Below, one piece after another: positions 1-9,752 of a stretch of DNA of 64,000 bases. The notes beneath the pieces were generated by a model. The model ran no database searches. It was given only the letters and a program-made list of their open reading frames with translations, and was not told where the DNA came from. Positions within the stretch are counted from its first letter, which is position 1. Every line of letters starts with the position of its first letter. The DNA is from Promethearchaeota archaeon. GTDB lineage: Archaea; Asgardarchaeota; Lokiarchaeia; Sigyniarchaeales; SOKP01. The position numbers and the translations under genes were made by a program. The stretch covers positions 1-64,000 of the forward strand of contig JBHLNF010000002.1 in NCBI GenBank assembly GCA_048937405.1, given 5' to 3'.

Positions 1-1
1 A

Positions 2-370
2 AGTATTTCAAAAGAATTAAAGGAGAAAATAATATTAGCACTAAAGCTAAATCATTCAAATCTACAAGAGATTATTATTAAAATCAATGAATTACATGAT
101 AGCTTCTTTGCAATTCTTATTGATAACAGTGAAGGGCATGGAAATAAGTTAGAGATTAGTATAATAAAGGAATTAATGGAAAATATTTCTGAAACCAAAA
201 TCATTCTGGCGGGAGGAATTAGTATCGATAACATAGAAGATATAATTAAAAAATTAAAACCATATGGAATTGATGTAAGTAGTTCTTTAGAATCAAAAAA
301 GGGTGTTAAAAATCCTATAAAAATTAAAAAATTTTTAGATAAAATTAAAGAAATTAAGAAAAAGATATGA
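2..370 (+). CDS. trpF: Phosphoribosylanthranilate isomerase, 5'-truncated by the window edge
   Basis: Frame 2 is open from base 2 ([10 protein letters not shown]...ILAGGI...[13 protein letters not shown]); overlaps the trpB start (ATGA). Confidence 0.9.
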   Translation, partial: SISKELKEKIILALKLNHSNLQEIIIKINELHDSFFAILIDNSEGHGNKLEISIIKELMENISETKIILAGGISIDNIEDIIKKLKPYGIDVSSSLESKKGVKNPIKIKKFLDKIKEIKKKI

Positions 371-1584
371 GAATGAAAAAAATGGATTATATTGACAAAT
401 ATCCAGATGAATTAGGAAAATTCGGAGAATTTGGCGGTATGTTTGCACCTGAAATATTAATGCCTGCCCTCAATGAACTTACTGAAGCATTTAACCGATA
501 TATTCATGATAAAAGTTTCATTGAGGAATTTGAACGAATATTAAGATTTTATAGTGGCAGACCGACACCATTATATTATGCTGAGAGATATAGCGAATTT
601 GTTGGCTGCAAAGTTTATTTAAAAAGAGAAGATCTTAACCATGGAGGTGCTCATAAAATAAATAATGTTATGGGGCAAGCTCTTCTCGCTAAAAAAATGG
701 GAAAAAAGAAATTAGTAGCCGAAACAGGAGCAGGACAACATGGATTTGCAACTGCTATAGCAGGTGCATATTTTGGTATGCCAACAAAAGTATTTATGGG
801 TGAAATTGATATTGAAAGACAAGCCTATAATGTCTATAGAATGCAAATTCTAGGTGCCGAAGTGGTTCCAGTTACGTCTGGTTCAAGAACTTTAAAAGAT
901 GCTGTTAATGAAGGTCTTAGATTTTGGATTGCTAACTTAAAAGATTATCATTATTTAATGGGGAGTGTAGTAGGGCCCCATCCTTATCCATTAATTGTTC
1001 GAGAGTTTCAAAGAATTATAGGGAGAGAATTGAAAACACAAATTTTAGAACTTGAAGGTAAGCTTCCTGATGCTATCATTGCTTGTATAGGAGGAGGAAG
1101 TAATGCGATAGGTGCATTTTATGATTTTATTGATGATAGAGAGGTGAAATTAATAGGAGTAGAAGCAGGTGGAGAAGGTAAGGATACTGATAAACATTCG
1201 ATTGCCTTAGGATTAGGACGTAGAGGTGTCCTACATGGTGCTATGCAATACCTTTTACAAAATGAATATGGAAATATATTAGAAACCCATTCGATAAGTG
1301 CGGGATTAGATTATCCTGGTGTAGGTCCAGAACATTGTTATTTACATAAACTCAATCGTTTAATTGTTGCAGATGCAACTGATAATGAAACATTAGAGGC
1401 TTTCAAAAATCTATCTAAACTTGAAGGAATAATCCCTGCTTTGGAAAGCTCTCATGCGTTAGCTTATCTAGAGAAAAATAAGGAGAAATTCAATAAAGAT
1501 GATATTATCGTTATCAATCTATCAGGATCTGGCTCAAAAGATCTTGATATTATTAAAAAACATATGGAGTTCACCATAAAATGA
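367..1584 (+). CDS. trpB: Tryptophan synthase beta chain
   Basis: [22 protein letters not shown] (PLP Lys), [22 protein letters not shown]. Confidence 0.98.
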   Translation: MRMKKMDYIDKYPDELGKFGEFGGMFAPEILMPALNELTEAFNRYIHDKSFIEEFERILRFYSGRPTPLYYAERYSEFVGCKVYLKREDLNHGGAHKINNVMGQALLAKKMGKKKLVAETGAGQHGFATAIAGAYFGMPTKVFMGEIDIERQAYNVYRMQILGAEVVPVTSGSRTLKDAVNEGLRFWIANLKDYHYLMGSVVGPHPYPLIVREFQRIIGRELKTQILELEGKLPDAIIACIGGGSNAIGAFYDFIDDREVKLIGVEAGGEGKDTDKHSIALGLGRRGVLHGAMQYLLQNEYGNILETHSISAGLDYPGVGPEHCYLHKLNRLIVADATDNETLEAFKNLSKLEGIIPALESSHALAYLEKNKEKFNKDDIIVINLSGSGSKDLDIIKKHMEFTIK

Positions 1585-2414
1585 CAATTTCAAATAGAAT
1601 TTTAGAATTATTCAAAAATAATAATAAAGAAAAAAGATTTATGCCCTTCTTAGTAGCAGGAGATCCCAATATAGATCAATTTATAAAACTTGCCAAGATC
1701 ATAGAACCATATTCTGATATTCTTGAAATTGGAATTCCTTTTTCTGACCCAATTGCAGATGGCCCTACTATTCAAGAGGCAAACGTCAGGGCTTTCAATG
1801 CAGGAATAAATACAAGAACAGCTTTAAAAGCTATAAAAGCTATAAGAGCTGAAACAGAGAAACCGATAGTCGTATTAACCTATTATAACATTCTAATCCA
1901 AGGTGCTGACACCATAGAAGCATCTCTTGATATAACTTTTAAAAATTTTAAAGAGAGCGGTGTGGATGGAATCGTGGTTGGAGATTTGCCTATAGAAGAG
2001 GCAGATTTAGCCTTAAAAGCCTGTGAAAAATATGATATCTGCTTGATTTTTCTTATTGCTCCATCCACGACAGAGGAGAGGTTAAAAAAAATTTTGAAAG
2101 TAGGAAAGGGATTTATTTATTTAATTGCGATTATGGGCGTTACAGGTGCGAGAGATACTGTCGCTCAAATTACTAAGGATACCATTAAAAGGATCAAGCA
2201 AAAGACAGAGGAAATTCTCCCAGTATTAGTTGGATTCGGAATTTCTAAACCAGAACATGCTAATGCAATTATTGATGCTGGTGCTAATGGAATCATTATA
2301 GGTTCTGCTATTGTAAATATAGTTAAAAAAAATCTTAATGATCATAGGAAGATGGAATTAGAAATGAAGGATTTTGTTTTAAGTATTAAGAATGCAATAA
2401 GGAGGGTGAATTAA
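1581..2414 (+). CDS. trpA: Tryptophan synthase alpha chain
   Basis: [30 protein letters not shown]; overlaps the trpB stop. Confidence 0.98.
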   Translation: MTISNRILELFKNNNKEKRFMPFLVAGDPNIDQFIKLAKIIEPYSDILEIGIPFSDPIADGPTIQEANVRAFNAGINTRTALKAIKAIRAETEKPIVVLTYYNILIQGADTIEASLDITFKNFKESGVDGIVVGDLPIEEADLALKACEKYDICLIFLIAPSTTEERLKKILKVGKGFIYLIAIMGVTGARDTVAQITKDTIKRIKQKTEEILPVLVGFGISKPEHANAIIDAGANGIIIGSAIVNIVKKNLNDHRKMELEMKDFVLSIKNAIRRVN

Positions 2415-2417
2415 ATA

Positions 2418-3134
2418 GTGAGAAATACTGAAAATGAGTTACTCAATGATATTAATTCTAACTATATTAAGAATAGAATAAATAATTTAGGAGCTGATCT
2501 ATGTGGTATTGCATCAGTTGATAGATTTAAAGATGCTCCTAAAGGATTCCATCCTATTGATATTTTTCCAGAATGTAAATCAATAATTGTATTCTTAAAA
2601 AGAACCCCTAAAAGTTCAAATTATGCTGTCAATTGTGTTCCATATACTTTTGTAAACAGCATGATTATGAGGATTATTGATAAATTAACCATTGATATTT
2701 TATATAGCTTAGAGGAATTGGGTATAAGATGTGTCCCTATACCCTCAGATGACCCATACGAGTATTGGGAACCAGATAGGACTTATGGGAGTGCAATTTT
2801 GTCATTAAGACATGCTGGTTATCTTAGTGGTCTTGGAGTTATTGGAAAAAATACTCTTTTAATTAATAATATTTATGGTAATATGATTCAACTTGGAGCC
2901 GTTCTAGTAGATATCGAACTAGAAGCGGATCCAATTGCTACCTATGAAGGATGTTTGGATTCATGTAATATATGTATTGAATCTTGTCCTCAACAAGCAT
3001 TAAACGGAGAAACGGTAAATCAAGCACTTTGCAGACCAATATCGAATTTTCAACATCAAAAAGGATATACACTCCAAAAATGTAATCTATGCAGAGTTAA
3101 ATGTCCAAGCGCTTTTGGAATTAAAAATAAATAA
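2418..3134 (+). CDS. Epoxyqueuosine reductase (QueG)-like 4Fe-4S protein
   Basis: GADLCGIA, SLRHAGYLSGLGVIGKN, CxxCxxCxxxCP and CxxCxxxCP motifs. Confidence 0.8.
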   Translation: MRNTENELLNDINSNYIKNRINNLGADLCGIASVDRFKDAPKGFHPIDIFPECKSIIVFLKRTPKSSNYAVNCVPYTFVNSMIMRIIDKLTIDILYSLEELGIRCVPIPSDDPYEYWEPDRTYGSAILSLRHAGYLSGLGVIGKNTLLINNIYGNMIQLGAVLVDIELEADPIATYEGCLDSCNICIESCPQQALNGETVNQALCRPISNFQHQKGYTLQKCNLCRVKCPSAFGIKNK

Positions 3135-3170
3135 TTATAAAAAAAAAAAAATAAAAAGGACAGATAAAAA

Positions 3171-4667
3171 ATGGAATTTGATATTCATATTGAAAAAATT
3201 GGAGAATTGGAAAACATCTTTGATTTTTATAAATACTTAGTTGAGATTTATAACTTAAATAAGCATGTTTTATTGGAATCATCTTCAACAAATGCAAATG
3301 AAACTCTTTATAGTTTTATCGCTTTAGAACCCGATTTTATGCTAAAAATTAATGGGGAGAATTTTAAAATTTATGATGTCACTACTGCCCGTGGAGAGAG
3401 TATTAAGACTTATTTAGAATCAAAAGATCCCGCGGAAGAAAGGCCACATAATCCCTTACCCTTTAAGGATAATGTGGATTATAACATGATTGCGTTGGAT
3501 ACTTTGAGTCATCTTACTCCATATTCAAATTTACCATTTACAGAACTATTCCCAAGAAATATTTTTTATGGAGGGATGTTAGGTTATATAGGTTATGATG
3601 TCGTAGCCCCTTACGTAGGATATACTTCTACTAGTGAATTTCCAGATATTCTAATGGGATTATATACTAAGGTAATTGTCTATTCTCATCAATCAAAAGC
3701 TTTATTTTTGATTGATAACAGTATAGATGACTACTCAAAAGACAAGGATATTAGATATCAACTAAGTCTTTTTAATAGAAATAACACATTGAATGAAAAC
3801 AACAAGGTTTCAATTAATCTTGATGAAATAGATGAGTCTAGTTTTCGATCCAATACTTCAAAGTCCGCTCATGAACGAATGATTGAAAAAACAAAAGAAT
3901 ATATTTATGATGGTGATATAATACAAGCAGTCATTTCTCGAAGATTATACACTGAAAGTAAAATAGACCCAATGGAGATTTACGAGGTGCTAAGGGTGCT
4001 TAATCCCTCCCAGTATATGTATAATATTAATTTTAATGATGTCAAAATCATAGGAAGTAGTCCTGAGGCATTGATTTCAAAGAATAAAGACATTCTGAGT
4101 ACAGTACCAATAGCAGGAACAATAAAGCGAGGAAAAACACCTGAAGAAGACCTGAAATTAGAAAGAGAATTGCTTGCTGATCCTAAGGAGCAGGCAGAAC
4201 ATATTATGCTGGTGGATCTAGCTAGAAACGATTTAGCAAAAGTATCTTATCCTGGCACAGTAGATACTTATGAACTTATGTCAATTCAAAAATATCGTAA
4301 AGTTCAGCATATTGTGAGTAAAGTAAGAAGTAAGACGCCTCTTGATGGATATCAAGTATTAAAAAGTGTTTTTCCTGCTGGAACTCTTTCTGGAGCCCCC
4401 AAGAAACGTGCTATGGAAATCATTCAAGAACTAGAAACAGAAAGTCGGGGACCATATGGTGGGGGAGTAGGATATTTCAGTTTTAATGGGGATATGACAT
4501 TTGCTATTGCAATCAGAACGATGTTTGGGAGGAATGGGACCTATTTTGCTCAAGCAGGTGGGGGTATCGTAGCAGATAGTCAACCAGATGATGAATTCCA
4601 AGAGACTTACAACAAATTATATAGTGTATTAAAATCAATTAAAATAGCGGAGGCTAAAGAAAAATGA
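3171..4667 (+). CDS. trpE: Anthranilate synthase component I
   Basis: LLES, GSSPE, PIAGT, EHIMLVDLARND, FPAGTLSGAPK, GGGIVADS. Confidence 0.96.
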   Translation: MEFDIHIEKIGELENIFDFYKYLVEIYNLNKHVLLESSSTNANETLYSFIALEPDFMLKINGENFKIYDVTTARGESIKTYLESKDPAEERPHNPLPFKDNVDYNMIALDTLSHLTPYSNLPFTELFPRNIFYGGMLGYIGYDVVAPYVGYTSTSEFPDILMGLYTKVIVYSHQSKALFLIDNSIDDYSKDKDIRYQLSLFNRNNTLNENNKVSINLDEIDESSFRSNTSKSAHERMIEKTKEYIYDGDIIQAVISRRLYTESKIDPMEIYEVLRVLNPSQYMYNINFNDVKIIGSSPEALISKNKDILSTVPIAGTIKRGKTPEEDLKLERELLADPKEQAEHIMLVDLARNDLAKVSYPGTVDTYELMSIQKYRKVQHIVSKVRSKTPLDGYQVLKSVFPAGTLSGAPKKRAMEIIQELETESRGPYGGGVGYFSFNGDMTFAIAIRTMFGRNGTYFAQAGGGIVADSQPDDEFQETYNKLYSVLKSIKIAEAKEK

Positions 4668-5266
4668 ACATTTTATTTATTAACAACTATGACAGTTTCG
4701 TATACAATTTGGTTAATTATATTTGTCAACTTATGCCTAATGCAAATATATTAGTTGAAGATAATAATCTCTCTATTCAAAAAGCTAAAGATTATTTCCC
4801 TAATAAAATTATCATATCACCGGGACCTGGTCATCCTAAATATGATACTGGTACTGTAATTCCTATCATAAAGGAATTCTACAAAAAAGTGCCAATTTTA
4901 GGAATATGTTTAGGCCATCAAACTATTATTGAAGCTTTTGGAGAAAACCAAGAAATAGAATATGTGGTTCGTGCTAAGGTTGGTCCGATGCATGGAAAAC
5001 AATCGAAAATCTTTCATGATCAAGAAACCATTTTCAAAGATATTCCTAATCCGCTAAAAGTAATAAGGTATCATTCATTAGCTGCGAAAGGAGATATCAT
5101 ACCTAAAGAACTTAAAATTACTGCAACTGCGGATGATGGAACAATTATGGCAGTTCGTCATAAAAAGTATCCCATAGAAGGTGTTCAATTTCATCCAGAA
5201 TCAATAAAAATGAAGCCATATGGTATGACAATACTTAAAAACTTTCTTGGAATTAATAAAATATAA
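4664..5266 (+). CDS. trpG: Anthranilate synthase component II (glutamine amidotransferase)
   Basis: NYDSF, SPGPG, GICLGHQ, RYHSL, QFHPES; overlaps trpE. Confidence 0.96.
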   Translation: MNILFINNYDSFVYNLVNYICQLMPNANILVEDNNLSIQKAKDYFPNKIIISPGPGHPKYDTGTVIPIIKEFYKKVPILGICLGHQTIIEAFGENQEIEYVVRAKVGPMHGKQSKIFHDQETIFKDIPNPLKVIRYHSLAAKGDIIPKELKITATADDGTIMAVRHKKYPIEGVQFHPESIKMKPYGMTILKNFLGINKI

Positions 5267-5318
5267 ATATCAAATAATCCTTACAATTGTTTAATTAACA
5301 AAACCTTTTGAATGAAAA

Positions 5319-5396
5319 ATGACAACAATTAGAAAAAACTTAGACTTAAGAAAATCTTTCATTAATTGGTTTTGGGTATTACATTGGCACGTATAG
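5319..5396 (+). CDS. Putative Trp-rich short peptide MTTIRKNLDLRKSFINWFWVLHWHV (25 aa, not in ORF track)
   Basis: Hand translation ATG 5319 to TAG 5396; three TGG codons within seven codons; TATA-like TTTAATTA at 5290-5297. Confidence 0.45.
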   Translation: MTTIRKNLDLRKSFINWFWVLHWHV

Positions 5397-5439
5397 AACG
5401 TGCGCAATGGTTTAATCATTAGAATTTCTAATTTTTTTT
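5382..5439 (+). terminator. Overlapping hairpins plus T8 tract (terminator/attenuator-like)
   Basis: CATTG-GCACGT/ACGTGC-G-CAATG (5382-5409), AATGGT/ATCATT (5406-5420), ATTAGA/TCTAAT (5418-5432), T8 at 5432-5439. Confidence 0.45.
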
Positions 5440-5608
5440 CAAAGATTAAAGGGATTCTTTTATCATTCCAAATATCTTTCACTTCTTTAAGAAATTCTAA
5501 TCCAATTAATAAAATATATTGAATATGAGTGAAAAAAAAAAATCAAAAAAAAATCAAAAAAAATAATCGAAATGGTAGATCGGAAAAAATCAATGAGGAG
5601 AAAAAATA

Positions 5609-6766
5609 ATGAGTGAAATTAAATCTATTGAAATTAAATCAGTTAAAGAAAATGATTTAGAAGAAATTCTTCAACTTCAAAAAATAGCATATCAAAGCGA
5701 AGCAGAAATCTACAATGATTTCAATATCCCTCCATTACATCAGACAATTGAAGAGCTTAAAGAGGAGTATAGAAGAAGTATATTTCTAAAAGCTTTAAAA
5801 AATGATAAAATAATTGGATCTGTAAGAGCATATCGAGATAAAGAATCATGCTTCATAGGAAAATTAATAGTCCATCCAGAATATCAAAATCAAGGGTTAG
5901 GTACTTTAATTCTTAGAAAGATTGAAAATAATTTTAGCTATACTGACAGATTTGAATTATTTACTGGATTTAAGAGCGAAAAAAATCTATATCTTTATCA
6001 GAAACTGGGATATAAGATATTTAAAACTGAAGAGTTAAATGAAAATGTTAAACTTTTGTATTTAGAGAAGTATAATACAAAAAGTATAAATGAAAAAATT
6101 AGAGTTCGATTTGAAGAAATATCATTTGCATATGATGATTTTATCCCCAAAGTGATTCCCTATTATAATGAAATGCTGATAGCATTGATAAATTCTATAC
6201 CATTTGATACACATCAACAAATAAAAATAGTTGATTTAGGCTCTGGAACAGGAAATCTCTCAAAATTGATAAAAATGCACTTTCCGAATTCTAAAGTAAC
6301 AATGATTGATGTATCTGAGAATATGGTCGAGTTAGCCAAAAAAAAGCTTTCAAACTTTAACAATGTTGAATTTCTCATAGACGATTTTAATACACTATCT
6401 TTTACATCTCAGTATGATGTAATATTATCATCATTAGCCTTACATCATCTTAGATCTGATGAAGATAAAGTTAAGTTTTATACAAAAATTTATGATGCTC
6501 TTAATCAAGGAGGAGTATTTTATAATTTGGATAATATTCTAGGTTCAAATAATTATTTACAAGATATGTATGTAAAGCAATGGACGGATTTTTTAAGAAG
6601 TAATTACTCAGTGGATGATATTGAGAGAATTCTCATAGATCACCGTCAAGAAGACTGTCCTGCCATACTTTTCAATCAGTTAAAGTGGCTTGATAATATT
6701 GGTTTTAAATACGTTGATGTAATTTGGAAATGCTACTATTTTGCTGTTTATGGGGGTGTAAAATGA
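5609..6766 (+). CDS. GNAT acetyltransferase fused to class I SAM methyltransferase
   Basis: N-half: VHPEYQNQGLGT and LYQKLGY (GNAT). C-half: VDLGSGTG and SSLALHHL (SAM MTase). Confidence 0.88.
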   Translation: MSEIKSIEIKSVKENDLEEILQLQKIAYQSEAEIYNDFNIPPLHQTIEELKEEYRRSIFLKALKNDKIIGSVRAYRDKESCFIGKLIVHPEYQNQGLGTLILRKIENNFSYTDRFELFTGFKSEKNLYLYQKLGYKIFKTEELNENVKLLYLEKYNTKSINEKIRVRFEEISFAYDDFIPKVIPYYNEMLIALINSIPFDTHQQIKIVDLGSGTGNLSKLIKMHFPNSKVTMIDVSENMVELAKKKLSNFNNVEFLIDDFNTLSFTSQYDVILSSLALHHLRSDEDKVKFYTKIYDALNQGGVFYNLDNILGSNNYLQDMYVKQWTDFLRSNYSVDDIERILIDHRQEDCPAILFNQLKWLDNIGFKYVDVIWKCYYFAVYGGVK

Positions 6767-7500
6767 TGGAAAATCATTTGAAAAACCAAGTAGCGGCACA
6801 GATAAAAGAAAAGATTAATTTGGATAAAGTTGCTCTAATCGGGAGGACATTCGATGAATATGAGAGAATATTTAGACTTAGTGATTTTAGGTTGAAAAAT
6901 ATTACAATATTAGATGTAGGTTCAGGAGTCAGTTCTTTTTGCGCAGAAGCTTCGAATAGGGGGATTAAGGTAATAGCAATGGATCCAATTTATGATTATA
7001 ATTCAAGTTCTCTTGAAGCAAAATGTTCAAAGGATTTAGATTTAGTGATTAAAGAACTTAATGGTGTAGAACATTTATATATATGGGAGATATTTCGTAG
7101 TAAAGAGGATCTGAAAAATTATAGGGAAAAAGCATATAAACAATTTATTAAGCATTTTAGAGATAATAAGAGTAATCTCTATACCTCCGAAAAAATGCCG
7201 AAAACGACATTTAAAAATAATCAATTTGATCTTATAATTTCATCTCATTTATTATTTCTCTATGATCATATTTTTGATTATACTTTTCATAAAGAAACAA
7301 TAAAGGAAATGCTTAGGATTTGTTCGAAAGAAATTCGCATTTTTCCTCTTGTAAACTTATATGGAAGGAGATCTACCTTTCTTCAAGATTTTTTAAAGGA
7401 TCCTAATTTTAAAAATTATAAAAAAACAATTGAACGAGTAGATTACGAATTTATTAGAGGTGGGAATGAATTTATAAAAATAATTAAAACAATCACTTAA
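6763..7500 (+). CDS. SAM-dependent methyltransferase
   Basis: GRTFDEYERIF, LDVGSG, FDLIISSHLLFLY, EIRIFPL; start moved to ATG 6763 (ATGA overlap with upstream stop). Confidence 0.8.
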   Translation: MMENHLKNQVAAQIKEKINLDKVALIGRTFDEYERIFRLSDFRLKNITILDVGSGVSSFCAEASNRGIKVIAMDPIYDYNSSSLEAKCSKDLDLVIKELNGVEHLYIWEIFRSKEDLKNYREKAYKQFIKHFRDNKSNLYTSEKMPKTTFKNNQFDLIISSHLLFLYDHIFDYTFHKETIKEMLRICSKEIRIFPLVNLYGRRSTFLQDFLKDPNFKNYKKTIERVDYEFIRGGNEFIKIIKTIT

Positions 7501-7562
7501 ATTTGAGTGGGTTATTTTGCTATCCCGAATGAATTAAAATGAAACTCCTTAGAATGTCATTA

Positions 7563-7919
7563 TTATAGACTTTTTCTTATTGCTTCAAGATTCTTCCTAG
7601 CAAAATCTTCCCATTTTAGAAACCCTTTAAGACGGTTATCTAGTTTCTCACACGAGTAATCAATACAGTGTCCACATGTTTCAACTTCCATTTCCAGACC
7701 ACAATTTCTAACATCACAATTTCTGCAATTAACCCAAAGTCTTCCTTTTTTTGAATGACATCCATCACAGTTAATATCTTCCTTCTCATATTCACTATTT
7801 AACAATTTACTCCAATTTTTAGCGACTTTTTGCCTTTCCTTATCATCATTTTTCTTTGTTGCTATAAAGATTGGACATTCACTACAATTTAATCCACAAT
7901 AAGCAATAATTTTTTCCAA
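7563..7919 (-). CDS. DUF3795-like Cys-rich protein
   Basis: AYCGLNCSECP, CDGC, CxxRxC, CGHCxDYxC pattern. Confidence 0.8.
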   Translation of the reverse strand: MEKIIAYCGLNCSECPIFIATKKNDDKERQKVAKNWSKLLNSEYEKEDINCDGCHSKKGRLWVNCRNCDVRNCGLEMEVETCGHCIDYSCEKLDNRLKGFLKWEDFARKNLEAIRKSL

Positions 7920-7983
7920 TTTTTTTCTCCATCATTAGATTAATTTATAAATTTTTATATCGTCTATCAATTAAAAAATTCTG

Positions 7984-8544
7984 TTACTTTTTAATAACAA
8001 AAGTATTATAGAATTCTCCTTTAATTTGCTCTACTAATGACTTATCAACAAAATCTCGCGGATCAACAATATCTGGATGGGTAGGAACCTCTTTTCTTAT
8101 GAATTGAAGCGTTTTTTGTGATGGTTCTATAATACAAATTACACCATCTGATTTGATTACTCGCAGTGATTCTTTTATTGCCGCTTTTTTATTTTCAATG
8201 TGGTGGAGAGAGCCCATAATAAATACGGCATCAAATTCTCCTTCATTAAATGGCATTTTTTCAGCATCAAATGACTTAAAGGTAATTAAATGATCTACAT
8301 TAACTTTTTTTGCCTTTTTTAACCAATCTTGCTTAGCATACCTAGACATATCAGTATCAGGTTCTCCGGTAAAAATATGAAAACCATTTAAAGCTAAAGT
8401 TATTGCCATTTGACCATCTCCTGTCCCTATATCTAAAATTTTTGAATCTTTGTCTAAATTTAGGTTTTTAATTATTGGATTAACAGCATCATATATTAAA
8501 CTAAATGGAATTCCTAATAGTTCTTTTATTTCTTTTATATCCAT
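7984..8544 (-). CDS. Class I SAM methyltransferase
   Basis: ILDIGTGDG, DAEKMPF, SLHH, RVIKSDG. Confidence 0.85.
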   Translation of the reverse strand: MDIKEIKELLGIPFSLIYDAVNPIIKNLNLDKDSKILDIGTGDGQMAITLALNGFHIFTGEPDTDMSRYAKQDWLKKAKKVNVDHLITFKSFDAEKMPFNEGEFDAVFIMGSLHHIENKKAAIKESLRVIKSDGVICIIEPSQKTLQFIRKEVPTHPDIVDPRDFVDKSLVEQIKGEFYNTFVIKK

Positions 8545-8559
8545 ACGTTATAACCTTAT

Positions 8560-8916
8560 TTATTCTACTCCCATTATTGCATTATTTAAGAACCCTAACC
8601 CTCTTGGTGTAGATTTCCATCCTTCAGAAGATTCAATAATATAAAGACTTTGTTCCAGCATTGATAAATGATATTTAAGTTGATTTTCCTCTAAATTAAA
8701 CTTTTTTTTGATTTCTGATATACTCCTTATTTCATAACCAATGAACTTCAAAAGTTCTCTTCGAATTTCATTCATTAAGGTTCTATAAGCCCTGCTATGA
8801 TCTAGCTTTTTATCACTAGCTTCTGTTTTTGCTAAAAAATCTTTCATTTCTTCCTTAGTTAATTTTGATTTTTTCATCATATTGGAAATTTCATTTTTCA
8901 TATAACAAATCTTCAC
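8560..8916 (-). CDS. ArsR-like winged-helix transcriptional regulator
   Basis: RRELLKFI...SISEI...QLKYHLSMLE...WKSTPRG; true start may be a downstream ATG. Confidence 0.75.
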   Translation of the reverse strand: MKICYMKNEISNMMKKSKLTKEEMKDFLAKTEASDKKLDHSRAYRTLMNEIRRELLKFIGYEIRSISEIKKKFNLEENQLKYHLSMLEQSLYIIESSEGWKSTPRGLGFLNNAIMGVE

Positions 8917-8960
8917 CAGAATTGGTTTAATTTTAAAAAATTTTAATAATAATTAGAGAA

Positions 8961-8978
8961 TAATACGGTACCGTATTA
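8961..8978. promoter_or_regulatory. Perfect 18-bp palindrome, candidate operator
   Basis: TAATACGGTACCGTATTA upstream of the ArsR-like gene. Confidence 0.6.
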
Positions 8979-9057
8979 AAATCTTCTCAAATCCAAACTA
9001 TGTTAAATTAAGTTGTACTATTTTTGTTAACAAATATCATTAAATCGCATAATGTTT

Positions 9058-9531
9058 TCAATAATTTTCTAAAGAATTTGAGAATTTTTTTAGTAGTAAA
9101 GTTAACATTTGAAGCTCTTCTTTACTAATATTCTTACAGTGAGTCATCATATATTCATCTAAAGGAAGTGTATAACGTCTTAGGTTTTTCCCTAAAGCAG
9201 TGAGTTTAACTAATGTACTACGACCATCTTTAGGATTTGGAACTCGTGTAACTAATCCATTCTTTTCCATCGTATCTACCACTCCTGTCATGGTGGAACG
9301 TGAGCATTTTGCCGCAGTTGCTAGAAATTTCAATGCAAAACCATCTTCTATCCATAATAAGCGTAAAACGAATAATTGAGGGGGTGTGATTATGCTTTTA
9401 TCGATCTTTGGTTGATCTTGGAGTAGTTCTCGTTCAATATGATTAAATTGTTTTTCGATATTTTTTATTAAATGAAAAACACTCATAAATATGTCTTGTT
9501 TGGTTGTTTTTTCATTATTTTCATTAAGCAT
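9058..9531 (-). CDS. MarR family transcriptional regulator
   Basis: ITPPQ, STMTGVVDTMEKNGLV.R..NPKDGRSTLVKLT..G. Confidence 0.92.
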   Translation of the reverse strand: MLNENNEKTTKQDIFMSVFHLIKNIEKQFNHIERELLQDQPKIDKSIITPPQLFVLRLLWIEDGFALKFLATAAKCSRSTMTGVVDTMEKNGLVTRVPNPKDGRSTLVKLTALGKNLRRYTLPLDEYMMTHCKNISKEELQMLTLLLKKFSNSLENY

Positions 9532-9546
9532 TCTTTTGATAGTAAA

Positions 9547-9566
9547 TTAATTAGGAACCTTATTAA
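9547..9566. promoter_or_regulatory. Imperfect palindrome, candidate MarR operator
   Basis: TTAATTAGG-AA-CCTTATTAA (one mismatch), 16 bp upstream of the marR start. Confidence 0.4.
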
Positions 9567-9752
9567 ATAATACGATTACTTAATTATAAAATTTCTGACT
9601 CTTTACGATACTATTAAAAAATGTTTTAAAAATTCGGTTTTTTGTTATTGTTGTATTATGCCTATTAGATTTTTAGTTAATTTTTATACAAGAATAGAGA
9701 TATTAAATATTTAATAATGAAAATTTGAAATTTAATACAATTTACTGTTCTT

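Noticed and set aside
5291-5482. 63-aa minus-strand ORF from the track
   Set aside because: No recognisable motif, GTG start, and antisense to the better-supported Trp-rich ORF/hairpin region.
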